Shown: in pieces, positions 13,015 through 25,900 of the stretch
Layout of the letters: the number at the start of each line of letters is the position of its first letter
Numbering within the stretch: position 1 is the first letter of the stretch
NCBI GenBank assembly: GCA_039621445.1
Contig: CP154954.1
Coordinates: forward strand, 6,459,425-6,523,424
Reading direction: 5' to 3'
Length of the DNA: 64,000 bases
Origin: Euglena gracilis
Taxonomy: Eukaryota
Translations under genes and position numbers: made by a program
Notes under the pieces: generated by a model
Told to the model about the DNA's origin: nothing
Databases searched by the model: none
Seen by the model: the letters and a program-made list of their open reading frames with translations, nothing else

Positions 13015-13136
13015 CAGGGTTCGATATAAGGGGGGCGTGCATGGTTTAGGTGGGGGGTGTCCCCCCCCCCCCCCGCCTCCTGGCCCGCATGGGGGGGTCC
13101 GGACCACCCCCCCACCTGTCCTTATATCGAACCCTG
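13015..13136. mobile_element. Short hAT-type MITE, same family as 5274-5641, 8-bp TSD cccaccac
   Basis: TIRs cagggttcgatataagg / ccttatatcgaaccctg; cccaccac at 13007-13014 and 13137-13144. Confidence 0.85.
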
Positions 13137-14126
13137 CCCACCACTCTAAAACATACACGACGCCGCCGAAAAAATAAAAGACGTCTTTTATCCCACCCCC
13201 TCTTCACCGTCGTTTTTTTCTTGGACCGGTGACTGCGGGACTTCTAAAAGGTGAGGCCAAGTCGAATTGAATTTCACCAGGCAAAAAGCGAAACATATGA
13301 ACGTAATCCTGTACCTATTGACCCATAACATGTATCATATTATATCATATTATGTATACCAATATTATTCCAATTTTATTGATAATATGATTGCAGTAAT
13401 AATTATTCTACAATTACATATTTTATCAATAAATGTTATTTTTACTTAATACATATATTTATTAATTTCAACTTATTCCTAGTTTATTACTACATTGTAT
13501 TAAAACATGTGTTATTTGTATTACTAAAACTGCATTAAATATAATCTTAACGTTATATTTCATAATTCCACAATAAAAAAATTAATGACGATAATATCTT
13601 TATAAATATGGAAAATGTATCAACAAAATTGATAATAATGAAATACCCACACGAAATATCCATATAAAATCATGCAATATCTGTAATATTTTTATGTCTA
13701 TTCATAAAGATGAAATTAAATGAAAAAATGAAAATAATTGAATTTACTTAAAAAGTTATATTTATATGAGAATGCCAGAATTTCATATTTCAATTGAGAT
13801 TTTTCAAACATCTTTCATCTTTGTTTTGACTTTTCCCCTATGGTTCCGTTTCATTATTTGCGAAACAAACATCGGTGCAAACCAACAAGATAGGAGTAAG
13901 AAAAAAAGTCTGTGCAAACCTTCAAAATTCAGCCACCAAAAAAAGGTTGGGCTGTGGATTTGGGGACTGATACGACTGTTATTGGGAAAAAACCATGGGC
14001 CTTGTGGGGCTGTGCTCCTCCACCAAATCCACTGTTTGCCGCCCACGTTAACCAAAGACACCAAAAGTCATTTCCTACTGGCTTCAGTTGTTCACAAAAA
14101 AAAACTGTTGTGCAACAGAATTTTTA

Positions 14127-14292
14127 CCATTTTAGGCCATTTTAGGCCACTTTAGGCCATTTTAGGCCATTTTAGGCCATTTTAGGCCATTTTAGGGACC
14201 CCCACCTACACGGGGTCAAAAAGTCATTTTAGGCCATTTTAGGCCATTTTAGGCCATTTTAGGCCATTTTAGGCCATTTTAGGCCATTTTAG
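14127..14292. repeat. Tandem (TTTTAGGCCA)n 10-mer minisatellite in two blocks
   Basis: Direct inspection. Confidence 0.9.
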
Positions 14293-15739
14293 CTATAGGT
14301 GCTTGCCTCCGGCCAAAGTTGTCCACAACAGTGCAGACAATTGCAAATCCGGTTGAAGAAACGTTTTAGCTACACCACACAGCACTGGAACCAGGGATCA
14401 TACATTTTTATACTGACCCCCGGGGGGGTCACTCCACTTTTCGAAAAACCAGTCAGTCACTACCCACCCCCCCCCCCGGGGGAGGAGGGGTCGGCCACTC
14501 TGGAACCCAAAGGAAATTTGACAAAAACATGCAAAAAAGCCAAGAAACTTTTCCGGCGCCAGGTCACTTTAGTGGTTTTTTTGCCGACCACCCCCTCCGG
14601 TGGGAGGAGGTCCGGGCCAAAATCCAGTCAGTCACTGCGAAAAAAAACAGTCACCCACCCACGGGGGGGGGGGGTCGGACAGTGCTTAAGCAATTGTCTG
14701 ACAGGGATTCTGCTGAGACCTTTTGGTGTCAACCTTGGGGTCAAAACGGCTCTTAGCGTCGGGGGGGGGAAGCGGAAAATGACCGAAACCACACAACCCA
14801 GCGGGGGACCTACAAGGCGGAACCACTCATCCTTCCCCGCCCCGAGACACAAAGTTATAAAAAATCCCTGGCTGGAATGATCCGCCAATTCCGGTTCACA
14901 AAACACAACAACACGGGCAGACCTGTTGGCCTGGGCGGGCCACAGGTGTGCGCGTTGGGAGACAAATGCTGGCGCCAGAACGCAGCTTTGAATAGGGCGC
15001 GGACAGTGGCCGTCGTGTGCAGAAAGAATGCGGGGTTGGAGGAAAGGAAACGCTTGCATGATACAGATGGGGTCGACAATTCTGCAATCGTTCATTTTGT
15101 CGGCTTTGCAACAATTTCGAAGTGATTGGTAAAATGTGCAGAATGGATATTATTGCACTGGGGGGACCTTGGGGAAATATCCATGTCAAAATGCGGAAAT
15201 AAAAAAACAATAAAAACTAGTTCAAATTGAAATTGATTAAAAAATGTGATTATGATTAGATTGTGATCATGATCATGATTATGCCTACGATTATGATTAT
15301 GACTCTAATCATGATAATCATGGACGACACACCACCTTTTGATGCCTGCCTGATTATTATTAAGCATGCTTAAAGATGGGAATACATGTGCCACCCATTT
15401 TGAGGGGGATGATCCTGGGAGGAACGGGTAAACAGTGTTGCTCGATTTTAAACGTTCTGCTGTTAGTTTAGGAATGATCTCCTCTTTGTGATGTTTCAAA
15501 CCAGCGGTTGCCCAATCGTCACTGGGTGGGGTTGTTGGTCCAGTTGCACCGCGAAGAGTCAGGGCTAGGGATGGTTCAGGAGTGGCCCTTTCCCATTCCC
15601 TGCGGTGTTTGCCAGACAATTCCAGACACCCTGACACCCCGAATAAGGCATATGTGTAAACAGCTAGATCAAAAACTTGAGGAGCAATGGAAGAGACAGA
15701 GCACGAAGCTGAGACTCAAACCCCTGCCCCCTGCCCTGC

Positions 15740-16139
15740 AGTGTATGTCCTACCTTATCGCTTTCGCTCTTTGGTGCGCAGAAAAAGATATAAGTAGGAG
15801 TAACAGGAAAAATATAAAATAAATATAAAAGTTGTATTGCCCTTTTCCCCAATTAAGAGGCAGAGCACAAGACGCTGTTGGAAGCCCTATGGGCTACGAC
15901 AAAAGATGCCAAGTATCTGGCAGTCCTTTCAGGACTTGTTTGATCAAATCAAAACTTGAAGATTGAAAGAAGAAAAGAATACCACCTGCAGAGAGGAGGT
16001 CACGTGATCACACGTGATCGTGATCACGATTATCCCTAGGCTCTGCCACAATCCTAATTCTGAGACTATGCTCAGCATTCAGATTGTGGATGAGCAGTTC
16101 TATGGCGAACCACAGAACTGGGATCGTGCCCGGTACACA
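15740..16139 (-). repeat. Element A 3' LTR (TGTGTACC...CATACACT on minus strand)
   Basis: Direct repeat of 32389-32789, immediately preceded on the minus strand by the PPT. Confidence 0.95.
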
Positions 16140-16150
16140 TCCCCCTCCCA
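16140..16150 (-). other. Element A polypurine tract (GGGAGGGGGA)
   Basis: Abuts the 3' LTR and is identical to the element B PPT. Confidence 0.85.
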
Positions 16151-16983
16151 GGGCTATAGCCCGATTTCCCTCATGGACCAGGCTATCCCAGGCACATGGG
16201 GGTTCGGACATAGTCCTGAGGGATATGTTCCAGCACATTGCTGCCGACCTCCTATCTGCCAAATGGCAAAAGGAAAAAGGGAAGAAAAGTGCAAAAGCAC
16301 GCAAAAACGCGCAAAAGTGGTTAACTGCTTATGCGGTGCCTACTTATTGCGGCAAAGGGGTAGAAGCGGAAGAGCCCATTGGGAAATGGGGCTGGAAGGT
16401 TTCCTTTCCAGAAAGTCCCATCCACCCAGTTTGGGGTGTGTCTATGACACGCGGGGAGGTCTGATTCCATAATCGGAAAAGATTGAAGGGTAGGGTGTGG
16501 AAGGAGGGGGCACCTGGCCAGTCATATCTGACCAGGGAGAAACACCTATTTACAAAACCAACTGCCGGCGACAGCGATATTTTGCCCCGGGGGGTAAAGG
16601 AGAGAGGAGTGGGGGGCTGGTCAAAAGACCTCAGCAGAAGTTTTGCTGTCTGGCAGTCTTATGTGGCCTTATAGCCGAAAAGTAACAAGTTGGGGGCTAT
16701 TATTACGGTGTGCGCGCTGTACGCTGTGTGTCTTCTTACTGGCGGCATATACCGCTAGGAGAAGGCTTCACAGCGCTGCTCGGACACGATGTTGTCGATG
16801 GGGTATCCCCAGAGGCATATACCTCGATAGACGGGCAGTAGCCCAAAAGAGAGGGGGTAATATGTAAAGTAAAAATACATATTGGCAGATGTGCCTGGGA
16901 TAGATACCGAATACAGGGCCTGTAGGCCTGATGGAAAGGTCAGAACAGGGTCCATGGACCGGGTGCCTGTAAGCCTGGGGTAT

Positions 16984-19900
16984 CTATGGCACAGATGGCC
17001 ATTTCCTGGGAGTCGGTGGTCTGATCTCCCGAACGTAATCTCCTTCAGGAGATTCCACTATCTCCAGTATCGGAGGTTCGAAATTTACAAGTTGCCTTTC
17101 AGGCTCATCGACATCAAAGTCGGGATATTCCCATTTTTGTGTATACCCATCGGGTAATCGTACTCCAAGCATGTTGGCTTCGCTATGAAGAAAATTCTGG
17201 AGGTTATCCCAGAAGAAAAGTAGCAACATTGCCGGCCAGATACATAAATTTAGTCGGGGATGGTTGCATTGAACCTGTGGGGGTATCCCCGGATAAACGG
17301 CAGGATCTGCCTTGGTGTGCCAACCTGCGACTCGCGCTCGGATGGTGAATGGCCTTAAAACTTCTCTTACCCAATCGGTAAATTCCATTTTATAGGCCTC
17401 AGGGGGGTATTCAGGCAACAAAAAGGTAAAACTTGGTCGTGTTGGCAGGCTTTGTGCCGTAAAAAGTGGGTATATCACCCTGTCCCAATCGGAGTCTTGA
17501 AAAATGTATGGCACTTTGGCCTTGCCTGCTGACTCGACTGCGAGTCGGACAGCTGCGCTGTCAAGATGAAAATCTTTGGCGATTCCGCCTGTGCGGTAGC
17601 TGTGTACAGCTTTAAACTTCTTGAACTGGTAGAAATTGATTTGGGACTTATAGTCCTGCTTGAATTTGACCAGATGGTCTTCATTTTCTGGTATGACTCT
17701 AGTCATACCGCCAGTGGCAGGTAGCCAAAAATCTGCCTGTAGGCAGTTGATGCAACGGACAGGTATGTCCTTGTCATAATCGTTTTCCGTCCAGCGGAAA
17801 TTGTCCATATTGGACCATGTCAGTAGGCAATCGCCACAAACCAGTGCTGCGCAATTGCGCACATATGCATCATGGTGGAAGCTTATGCTATCCGGGTTGC
17901 GTGTGCAGATATGCACTGCGGGCATGTCGTTTCGTAGCCTATGGCATGCTGTACATAACCACAATAGTGGATCGTTATCCTGGAAATCCAGTACGAAATT
18001 TCCTCCAAAATATTGGGCTAATACCCTTGGAGATTTCGCATTCCAAAAACGCCAAGTGTGGCTGGTCGTGAAAATTCCGGGTTGATCCCGGTGGAACAAG
18101 GGCTTGATCCACTTGTTCAGCCAGGGGTCACTGCTATTGCGGATCATATTGATCCTAGCCTGGCGAGTGTTGAGGGGGTCTACTCTGGACAATACGTCCT
18201 CAGTCCAAAATGGCTCATCGGCCTCGTGAGGGACATTTGACCGAATCGGTCTGATTGTGGGTTTGCGCTTAGCGCCTTCAGAGGTTGCAGCCACATAGCT
18301 GGCCATGGGTATCGTAGGCCTATGGCCTGTGCCAGAGCCATCTCCACCAGACGGTGGTGGCTCATCATCCCGCCGCTGTTCAGCGGGCTTGCAGCCTTCG
18401 GCTGGAGGGTTACCCTTGGGCTTGTTATGCCTGCCATCTCGGCGTTCTTCACGAGGGTCTGCCGGAGGCAGAGGTCTCTCCGCCGTTGGCGGTTTCGGAG
18501 CTGCCGGTGATGCCGATGCTGCCGGTTTGGCAGGAGGTGGTTGCATTTCCGCCGTTGGCGGTGCTGGTGCAGCTGGTTTAGCTGCTGGGACATCCAACTC
18601 CATTGGAGTTGTAGCCGTAGGCTGTACGGCTGTTGAGCTGCTATCTGCCGTAGTAACCCTTTGGGTTTCGGGAGGGGATGTGGCTGGTGAGCCTCGAGGG
18701 GTCAGTACTGCTGATACTGCGGACATCGCCGCGGTCAGACCCTGTAACACACCACCTAAAACACCTGTAGGTATTGTTGGTGATGCGACAGGTTCTGTCG
18801 GGGTTGGTGCCGTTGGCACTGCGGGTAAGGAGAGGGGTGGTACGGGAGGTACCGGTGGCCGTTCGGCCTCGGATGTAGGAGATTCCGTCTCTGAGCTGAC
18901 ATCTCCTTCAGGCGGAAGGGGTGTCCTGGAGCCCTTTGGGACTAATGGAAGGGCTGATGGCTGAGAGTACTCAGCACATATGTCTTCCAGGCCTTCCATG
19001 CGGTCTTCACCGCCCTCACCATCACTCTCCTCACTGTCCTCCACCGTTTCTGGTGAAGCGGCAGGGGCTGCTGGCTGTTCCGCTATAGCGGTGGGCACAG
19101 TTGTTGGTTGCGCAATCGCGCTGGTGGGGGGTGCCGCAGTAGCGGGCTGGGGTGAAGAGGTAGCGACAGAAGATTGACTCTCCTGAAATCCCATAGGGAT
19201 AAATGGTTCCGCAGTAGCCGATAGGCTGGAACCTAGGTAACGCCGACCGCGCCCAAAGACGGGTGGCGGTGTGTGTGTCACCAGGAGTACCCTGGGGAAC
19301 AGGCGTTGCCGGTTGCGGCTGCGTTGTGGGTACTGATGCCGGTTGCGGCTGTGTTGAAGGTTCCGATGGCGGAACTTCCGAAGCCGGTTGCGGCTTTGGG
19401 ACAGGTGCCTGTGGCACCTGTCTTTTCCGTAATCGGAAAAGATCCCATGGTTTCCTTTCGTCTTCAACCATTCTGTGGTTGAAGCGCAGGAGGGGTAGGG
19501 CCATGCCCAGCTCGTTCCGTCTGCCGCCTTGGAAAAACGGCTGGAACAGCGCTCTATCGAGCGTATCGCCGAATCGGCGTTTGACATAATCGTCTATGCT
19601 TTCCTTCTCGAACCGTGGCCTGATGGGGACATAGTCCGGAGGAATTTCCCTATCGGGATTGAGATAATAATATATCTCCATAATCTGGCAGGTCCAAGCC
19701 CTGAACCAGAATTGCTGCAAATACAGCAGGAGTTGACGGTGGTTGCGTCGCCCATTCGAGCTTTGGTGAACATCCTTTGGATTTCTGCAAAGGTGCAGGA
19801 GCATGATGCGCTTTGGCGCTGCGTACGGGATATTGGCCTGTTGGCCTTCCTCGTCCTGGCCTTCGGCCTGTGGTTGAGTACTGCGTACTCCGAATCCCCA

Positions 19901-22827
19901 GAAGTCCACTGCAAACTTTTCGTGACAGTGGGTGCATCTGACGATATACGTCTGGGGGAAGCGGAGGTCAATATCGACCACTTCAAAATGATAGGCATAT
20001 TGCCAGTGGTAGAAGACTTGCAGATTGCTGCAGAACATGTTCTCTGCCAATTTGGCAATATTGTCAGGCAGTGGGTAGATTTCCCACTCCAGGCCTTTTG
20101 GGCCTACACTGCGAATGCAGTCGAATAACTGCCGTAGCAAATCTTTACCTGTATTGTATCGGTCTTCCCGACCGCAATCCAGATAAGGATATCCACAGGA
20201 GTTCAGGAATCTGCCGAAATTTTGGGTGGGGTATCCCGCCCAGAACCAAACGTGCCAGAATCCCGGCAGTCCGTCCAGTATCGGACCGAGAATTACGTTG
20301 CCCTCATAGGCATACAGGGTTCCATCGTGGTGGAACTCACGATTACGCTCCAAATAGAGCTGTCTGGTCACAGTCACGACGGGGGATGCAACCAGCATTG
20401 GAAGAGAAAGTTCGTTTTGAAACTTTCTCATGGCCTCGAATGCGAGTGCATGAATCTCTTTGATGTGCTCGAATAGAGCTTCCATGTCGTCCTCATAGAC
20501 GTTCCGGTATTGGCCTTTCTGGCCTTTGCCTTGGCCTTTTTGGCCTGCTGTCGGTGCTCGTTTGGGAGCACTTTTGGCTTTACCCTTGCCCGATCGGGCT
20601 TCGCTTCGGGCAATCTCTTCTCTAGCTTGTTTCCAAGCATGAGGATTGAGATTGGCTGCAAAACGAGGGCCTATAAAGGCAGGATTCATATCGCTTGTTG
20701 TTCCAAGCAATTCCTGCGGGGCATAAGCCATTTTGGCTGCTGGGTAGGCTGCAGGTTGATCCTGCATATCGGCCAAAAATGGTGGGTTATTGATAGGGAG
20801 GGGTTCGCCTCTAGGCGGATCGATGTAAGTGGGGTTGCGTGTACGTTCACGCGTGTCATCCAGTATTTTCTGGACGCTCAGCAGCTTCGTGCTCGATTTC
20901 TGCCCTATGGGCTCTCTGGGCCCGTTCAGCCTGTTCGAGCTGCTGCTGTGTGGGTTCAGGAACAGACAGTACCTCGTTTGTGGCCTTTTGGCCTGGAGTT
21001 TCCGGTTTTTCCTGGGATGCCTGGGATTGGCGTTGTTACATGTTGGTGCGCCGTAGGCGCTGCTACCGGCAATGGCGCCGTTGGCGCTGCTGGAGCTGTC
21101 GGCGCTGCTGCTTTTGCTGGCACCGGCCGGGGGGGGTTGCGCCATCGGCGCTGGCTTCGCCGCAGCAGCATACGGTACGGGCACGGGAGGGGGTGCGGCC
21201 TGTTGGCCACCCGATGCCCGCCGTTGCTGTGCCGGGGTAGCCTGTCTGGCTGGGGCTGGGGCAGGGGCCGGGGGTTTCGGTCTCCCCATTGGGGATGAAG
21301 ATTCTGGCCTGCCCCGTTTACTACCTAGGTCTGCTGGCCTGTACGGCTGTGACGCATATCTGCGTTCTGCCGACCGTGGGCCCTGAAGTGCTCCAGGGAC
21401 TGGTAGTACTGGATGGCCTGCTGAGGTGATGTGAAGCGAGGTGTTGGGAGAGGTTCAGGTGCCGTTGGCACATCCTCTTCCACGGCCATTCGGCCTTCGG
21501 CCTCGGCTCGCTCCACGTCCTCAGCCCAGGATCCAGGATCCTGAGCCACCGACATATCCCGTTGTACGGGTAACTGACTTCCAGCTTCCAGATGGGCTGG
21601 ATAAGGAAATGGTGGTTGTGCTGTTGACGGTTGCGTCATTGGCTCCGCCGCATATTGCGTTGGTGGTTCCCGATATTCGGGTGGTGGTGGTCTCGGCATA
21701 CGAGTTGGGGACGGGATATCGCGAAAAATTTGTGATGGTTGCACCGTTGGTGCTGGGATGTCTCCCATCTCGCTTTCCTCCACTGGGGGGCTATGCTCCC
21801 GCATGTATTCGGTGAATGCACCTGCGTGATGGCGTATCCGCGGGATAGGCGGTACTGGAATACCCAGTGTACGCATGCTGACCTCAGGGGGATATTCCCC
21901 GGGCATGAAGTACACTTTTCCTGTCATCAAAGTCTGGCCACATGCGCACCATTGTGCAATGGGCCTATTGGCCAGGCCCAGAATTTGACGACAGTGGGTA
22001 TCCCACAGCACCTGTAGAGATGGGTCTACTCTCTCTAGGTTGCTGGCCCGCAAGGCCGTTCGCAGAGTCTTCTCTGCGAGATTCACCAATTCTGCGGTGA
22101 AGGCGGGGTATGGCACCGTTGGTGCTGCCTGTGGCGTCTCATGTGCCACAGGGATCGCGTAAGCGGATATACTACTGCTGCTAGCTGCGGTTTGGGCAGC
22201 GGGTTCCCGGACGGGATAAGCAGCAGGTTGGGGCATCGCCTGTACGGCGTGTACTGGATGCGGGGTACCCTGTACGGGTTGAGATTGGGGTTGGGATTGG
22301 GGTTGCTGAGATGTAACATACTGTGGGGTATACAGGATGGGAGGTGAGGGGCCAGGCATGGCGTAATGCGCCTGCTCCATTGGAGGTGCCTGTCCCTGCC
22401 TCGCATACTGTTGTTGTTCCATTGGAACTTGGTGTACCTGCTGGGGTTGTGACTGTTCCATTGGAACTTGATATGCCTGTTGAGGCTGTGCCGCATATGC
22501 AGCTCCCATTGGCACAGGGGCCGCATAAGCGACAGGTGGCGGTTGCGCCTGAGATGGGGGCGGCATTTGTGCCTGAGAGGGAGGCGGCATTTGTGCCTGC
22601 GAGGGGGCTGACATATGTGACTGAGAGGGGTATGGCATTTGTGCCTGAACCATTTGAGGGGGGGGTGGCATTTGTGCCTGAGCCGCATAAGCGGCTGGAG
22701 GGGGTTGATATACCGCATATGCGGGCGCCCCTTGGGCTGGGGGTGCCGCCGCATAGGCGTGTTGGGGGTAGGGAGGGATGGCATACTGTATAGGGGGCGG
22801 ACCGGGGCCGCGCCCTGGATCTTGCAT
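16984..22827 (-). CDS. Element A ORF3: large accessory protein of unknown function (Pro/Gln-rich linkers, three Cys/His-rich domains), frameshifted
   Basis: Overlapping ORFs 21325-22908, 19031-21289 and 16984-19587; likely ATG at 22827 (MQDPGRGPGP). Three blocks align by eye with element B ORF3. Confidence 0.8.
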
Positions 22828-22944
22828 CGGTCCGGGGACCAAAAAGCAAAAAAGTAGCTTTGATGAGCTGTAGAAAAAGAAGAGAAATGAATTGGGTTTG
22901 GGAGACAATCACAGAGAGGGGAGGAAAAGGCCTATAGGCCGATT

Positions 22945-25900
22945 TCAAAAATTATTCACAGTAATGTCTATGTTATTTCTTTTATTCCAGAGCTTCCAGT
23001 CCTGTTGGACATAACCAATAAAACTGGAGGCTGGCTCCCAGGTGTCCTCCTCTGGCCCATAGCCTTTCCACCTGACCTTCCAGTAGTGGACTCCTCGATC
23101 AATTTTGTGATCGAGAATTTTGTCCACCACAAAATCATCCGTTTCGGGTAACTTGGAACGGGGCTTGAAATAAAGGCACGGTAGTGCTTTGCCATTAGGC
23201 GGGGAAAGATATGGCTTGAAATCATCCATGTGAACATCCTCGATCCCGTTGGGCAGTGCCACTCTATAGCGGCCACTGTTACCAACGCGTTCGAGTATTT
23301 CACAGGGTCCGAGCCAGAGGGGGTCTAGCTTGGAAGCCTGCATACCTATGGCTATTCCGAACCCATACGCGATCACCAGCACTATAGCCAGGTGATTTGA
23401 ATTCTTGTAAAAATTTATTTCTCTTTTGAGAATGGATATCTGTAATGCTTTTCTGAACAGTAGTTCTGAGAGACTCTACCTCAGAGAACCATGTCTCACA
23501 GGTTACGCTACTTCGAGCTGGTCTCTCTGATGGTATATCACCAATTGCTGGGGGTTCTCGCCCAAAAACAATTTTGTATGGGGAGTGGGGTAAAACTAAA
23601 CCCGGTAGGGTGTTTATATAAAAGAGGGACCATGGCAAAACCTGGACCCAGGCCTGGCGCGAATCAGCCAGTGAAAGACGGAGCATATTTACAACAGCTT
23701 TCACTGCTGCCTCGGCGCGGCCATTGCCCTTCGGGCGATATATAATGGAAAAATGCTGCTCGATTCCCAGTAAACCACATAGGGTTGTGAAGAATCGAGA
23801 GGAGATCAAATGATCTTGATCACTGACAATCTCATTCGGTAAGCCCATTAGGCATATGCACTTCTCCATAAATATCTGCGCTAAAATTTGCGCGGTCAAC
23901 CCTGCCTTTTGGCATGGAATGGCTACTATGTAACCACTCAGCCTACAGACGACAACAAAAACATAATCGTAAATTTTGCCGTCTGATCCTTTGCAAGGTT
24001 CTAATTCCAGAAAATCCATGCAGAGGGACGTAAAAATGTCAGGGGGTACGGGGAAAAATCAAGCGTACCAGGGGGGGTACCTCTGCGCGGTTTTTCCGCT
24101 TGACAAATTTGGCACCGTTGCGAAATTTGCAAGCAGCGCGAATGCAAATCGTTTTCTTTCAGGGTTGTACAGTACCTGCGACCCACCAAAGAAAGAAGTT
24201 TGGGGGCCCCAGGGTGACCTTGGTTGTGATAACACAAAAGTACTTCATCAACCAAGTCACGGGGTATACAATATTTATATCCCGCATCATCGCGGTAAAC
24301 CAACCGTAAAGGGGAAAGGGAATAATTATGTACAACCTCGCCATTGCGCAGTCTGTGCACTATCGTGCTATATACAGGGTCATGGGAATAATCCCATTCG
24401 CGAAAGAAGAGGGGGGAAGGAGATTCAGATCGCGTAATGCGACGGGGACCAGGTGTGCGGCCTCGCCGCCTTCTCCCCCGTATAGGAGAGACTGGCAACG
24501 AACGAAAAATCGATGAAACGGGAAAAGAATCCAACATATCGTCGGCTGCGTCATATCGACGTGCATATTCATCAGCCTCTTGGCTTCCATGAAAGGTGGC
24601 ATCACCTTCATCCGGGTTACCGGGGTAATGCCAGGGTGCTCGACTGAGCGGGTCTGCTACTTTTTGTGTATGGCCAGGGGTATATACAACCACTAGGTTG
24701 AACTGGCTCAAAAATTCATGCCATCGGCATCTTCGGCCTACGGATGACATGGCTTTGTTCAGATCCTCGGTATACCAGTGTTGAAGACTCTCATGGTCAG
24801 TCAACACCAGTATTTGCACCAAGGAGCTGGCGACCCAGCTACGGAATTTTTGTAAAATAAGTACGATTGCGTACGTTTCCTTCTCACGGATACTCCATTT
24901 AACTTGGCCTTTGCCATCCTCACCTTGTATAGCTTTCTAGAAGAATGCTACAGGTCGCAATTCGTTAGCCGCGTTATGCTGGCTTAGAACCCCGCCTACA
25001 GCATAATCGCTGCTATCGACTTCTAGCACATAAGGCTTGTAGGGATCCGCGATGTCGAGTACGACATTTTCAAGCATTAGCTTTTTAATGCTCTCTAGAG
25101 CTTCACGCATATCTGCGTCCCATTTGACTTTGGTATTTTCGGGTGCGCGATTTTTGAGTTGCCTCGATAGAGGTACCGCGATTTTCGCGAAATCTTTCAT
25201 GATCGCGTAATATTGGTTGGCCAAAAATCCTTTCAAATGGGTGATGGTCTTGATGACCTCAGGTCGTGATGTCTTCTTAATTCTCTAGTTTGCGCGCCGC
25301 TCGTTGGAAATGATGTGACCGCAAAACATCATTTGGTTTCGCAATAAGTGCATGCGGATTTTGACCATTGAGTTCTGTGGTATGCTGGGGGGGGAACCAC
25401 AATCAATGTTCCAGCGCGCCGTAACGTATGAATGTGAGCGCCATTTATTGGAAAAATCCATGGACCTTTAACAAAAGCCGGTAAATCGGTAATCCCGGAT
25501 CCATAAATCAAAATATCGGGATGTGAACATTCTTTGGGTAAATCCAACATCCTATACCACAAACGTAACCGAAGCTTGGCATGCGTAAACAGCTGTCCAT
25601 GTCAATTGAATCCAATAAGTTGTAACATTTTTCTCCTGAGGGTGTAGCTTTTTCACAAGCCGTATATCCGCTTTCGAATTTCCATCTCTTCTGGGGAGGG
25701 GTACAGATTTGGTGGCCATCCTTCACAAAATCCAAAGCGGTCCGCTGAAAATCTCTATTGAGACAAAGGATTTGGTTCCCATGTGGATTCTGCTTTGCTG
25801 CTTCCGCTCACATGAACAAGTAAACCTGTCTTTTCTACATACATTAAGTTCAGGGGGGGCGACTGAGCCTCCAACACAAAAGCTGTTGATCCCACTTTGG

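Noticed and set aside
13270-13780. AT-rich island as organellar insertion or gene
   Set aside because: No recognisable ORF or RNA gene; low complexity only.
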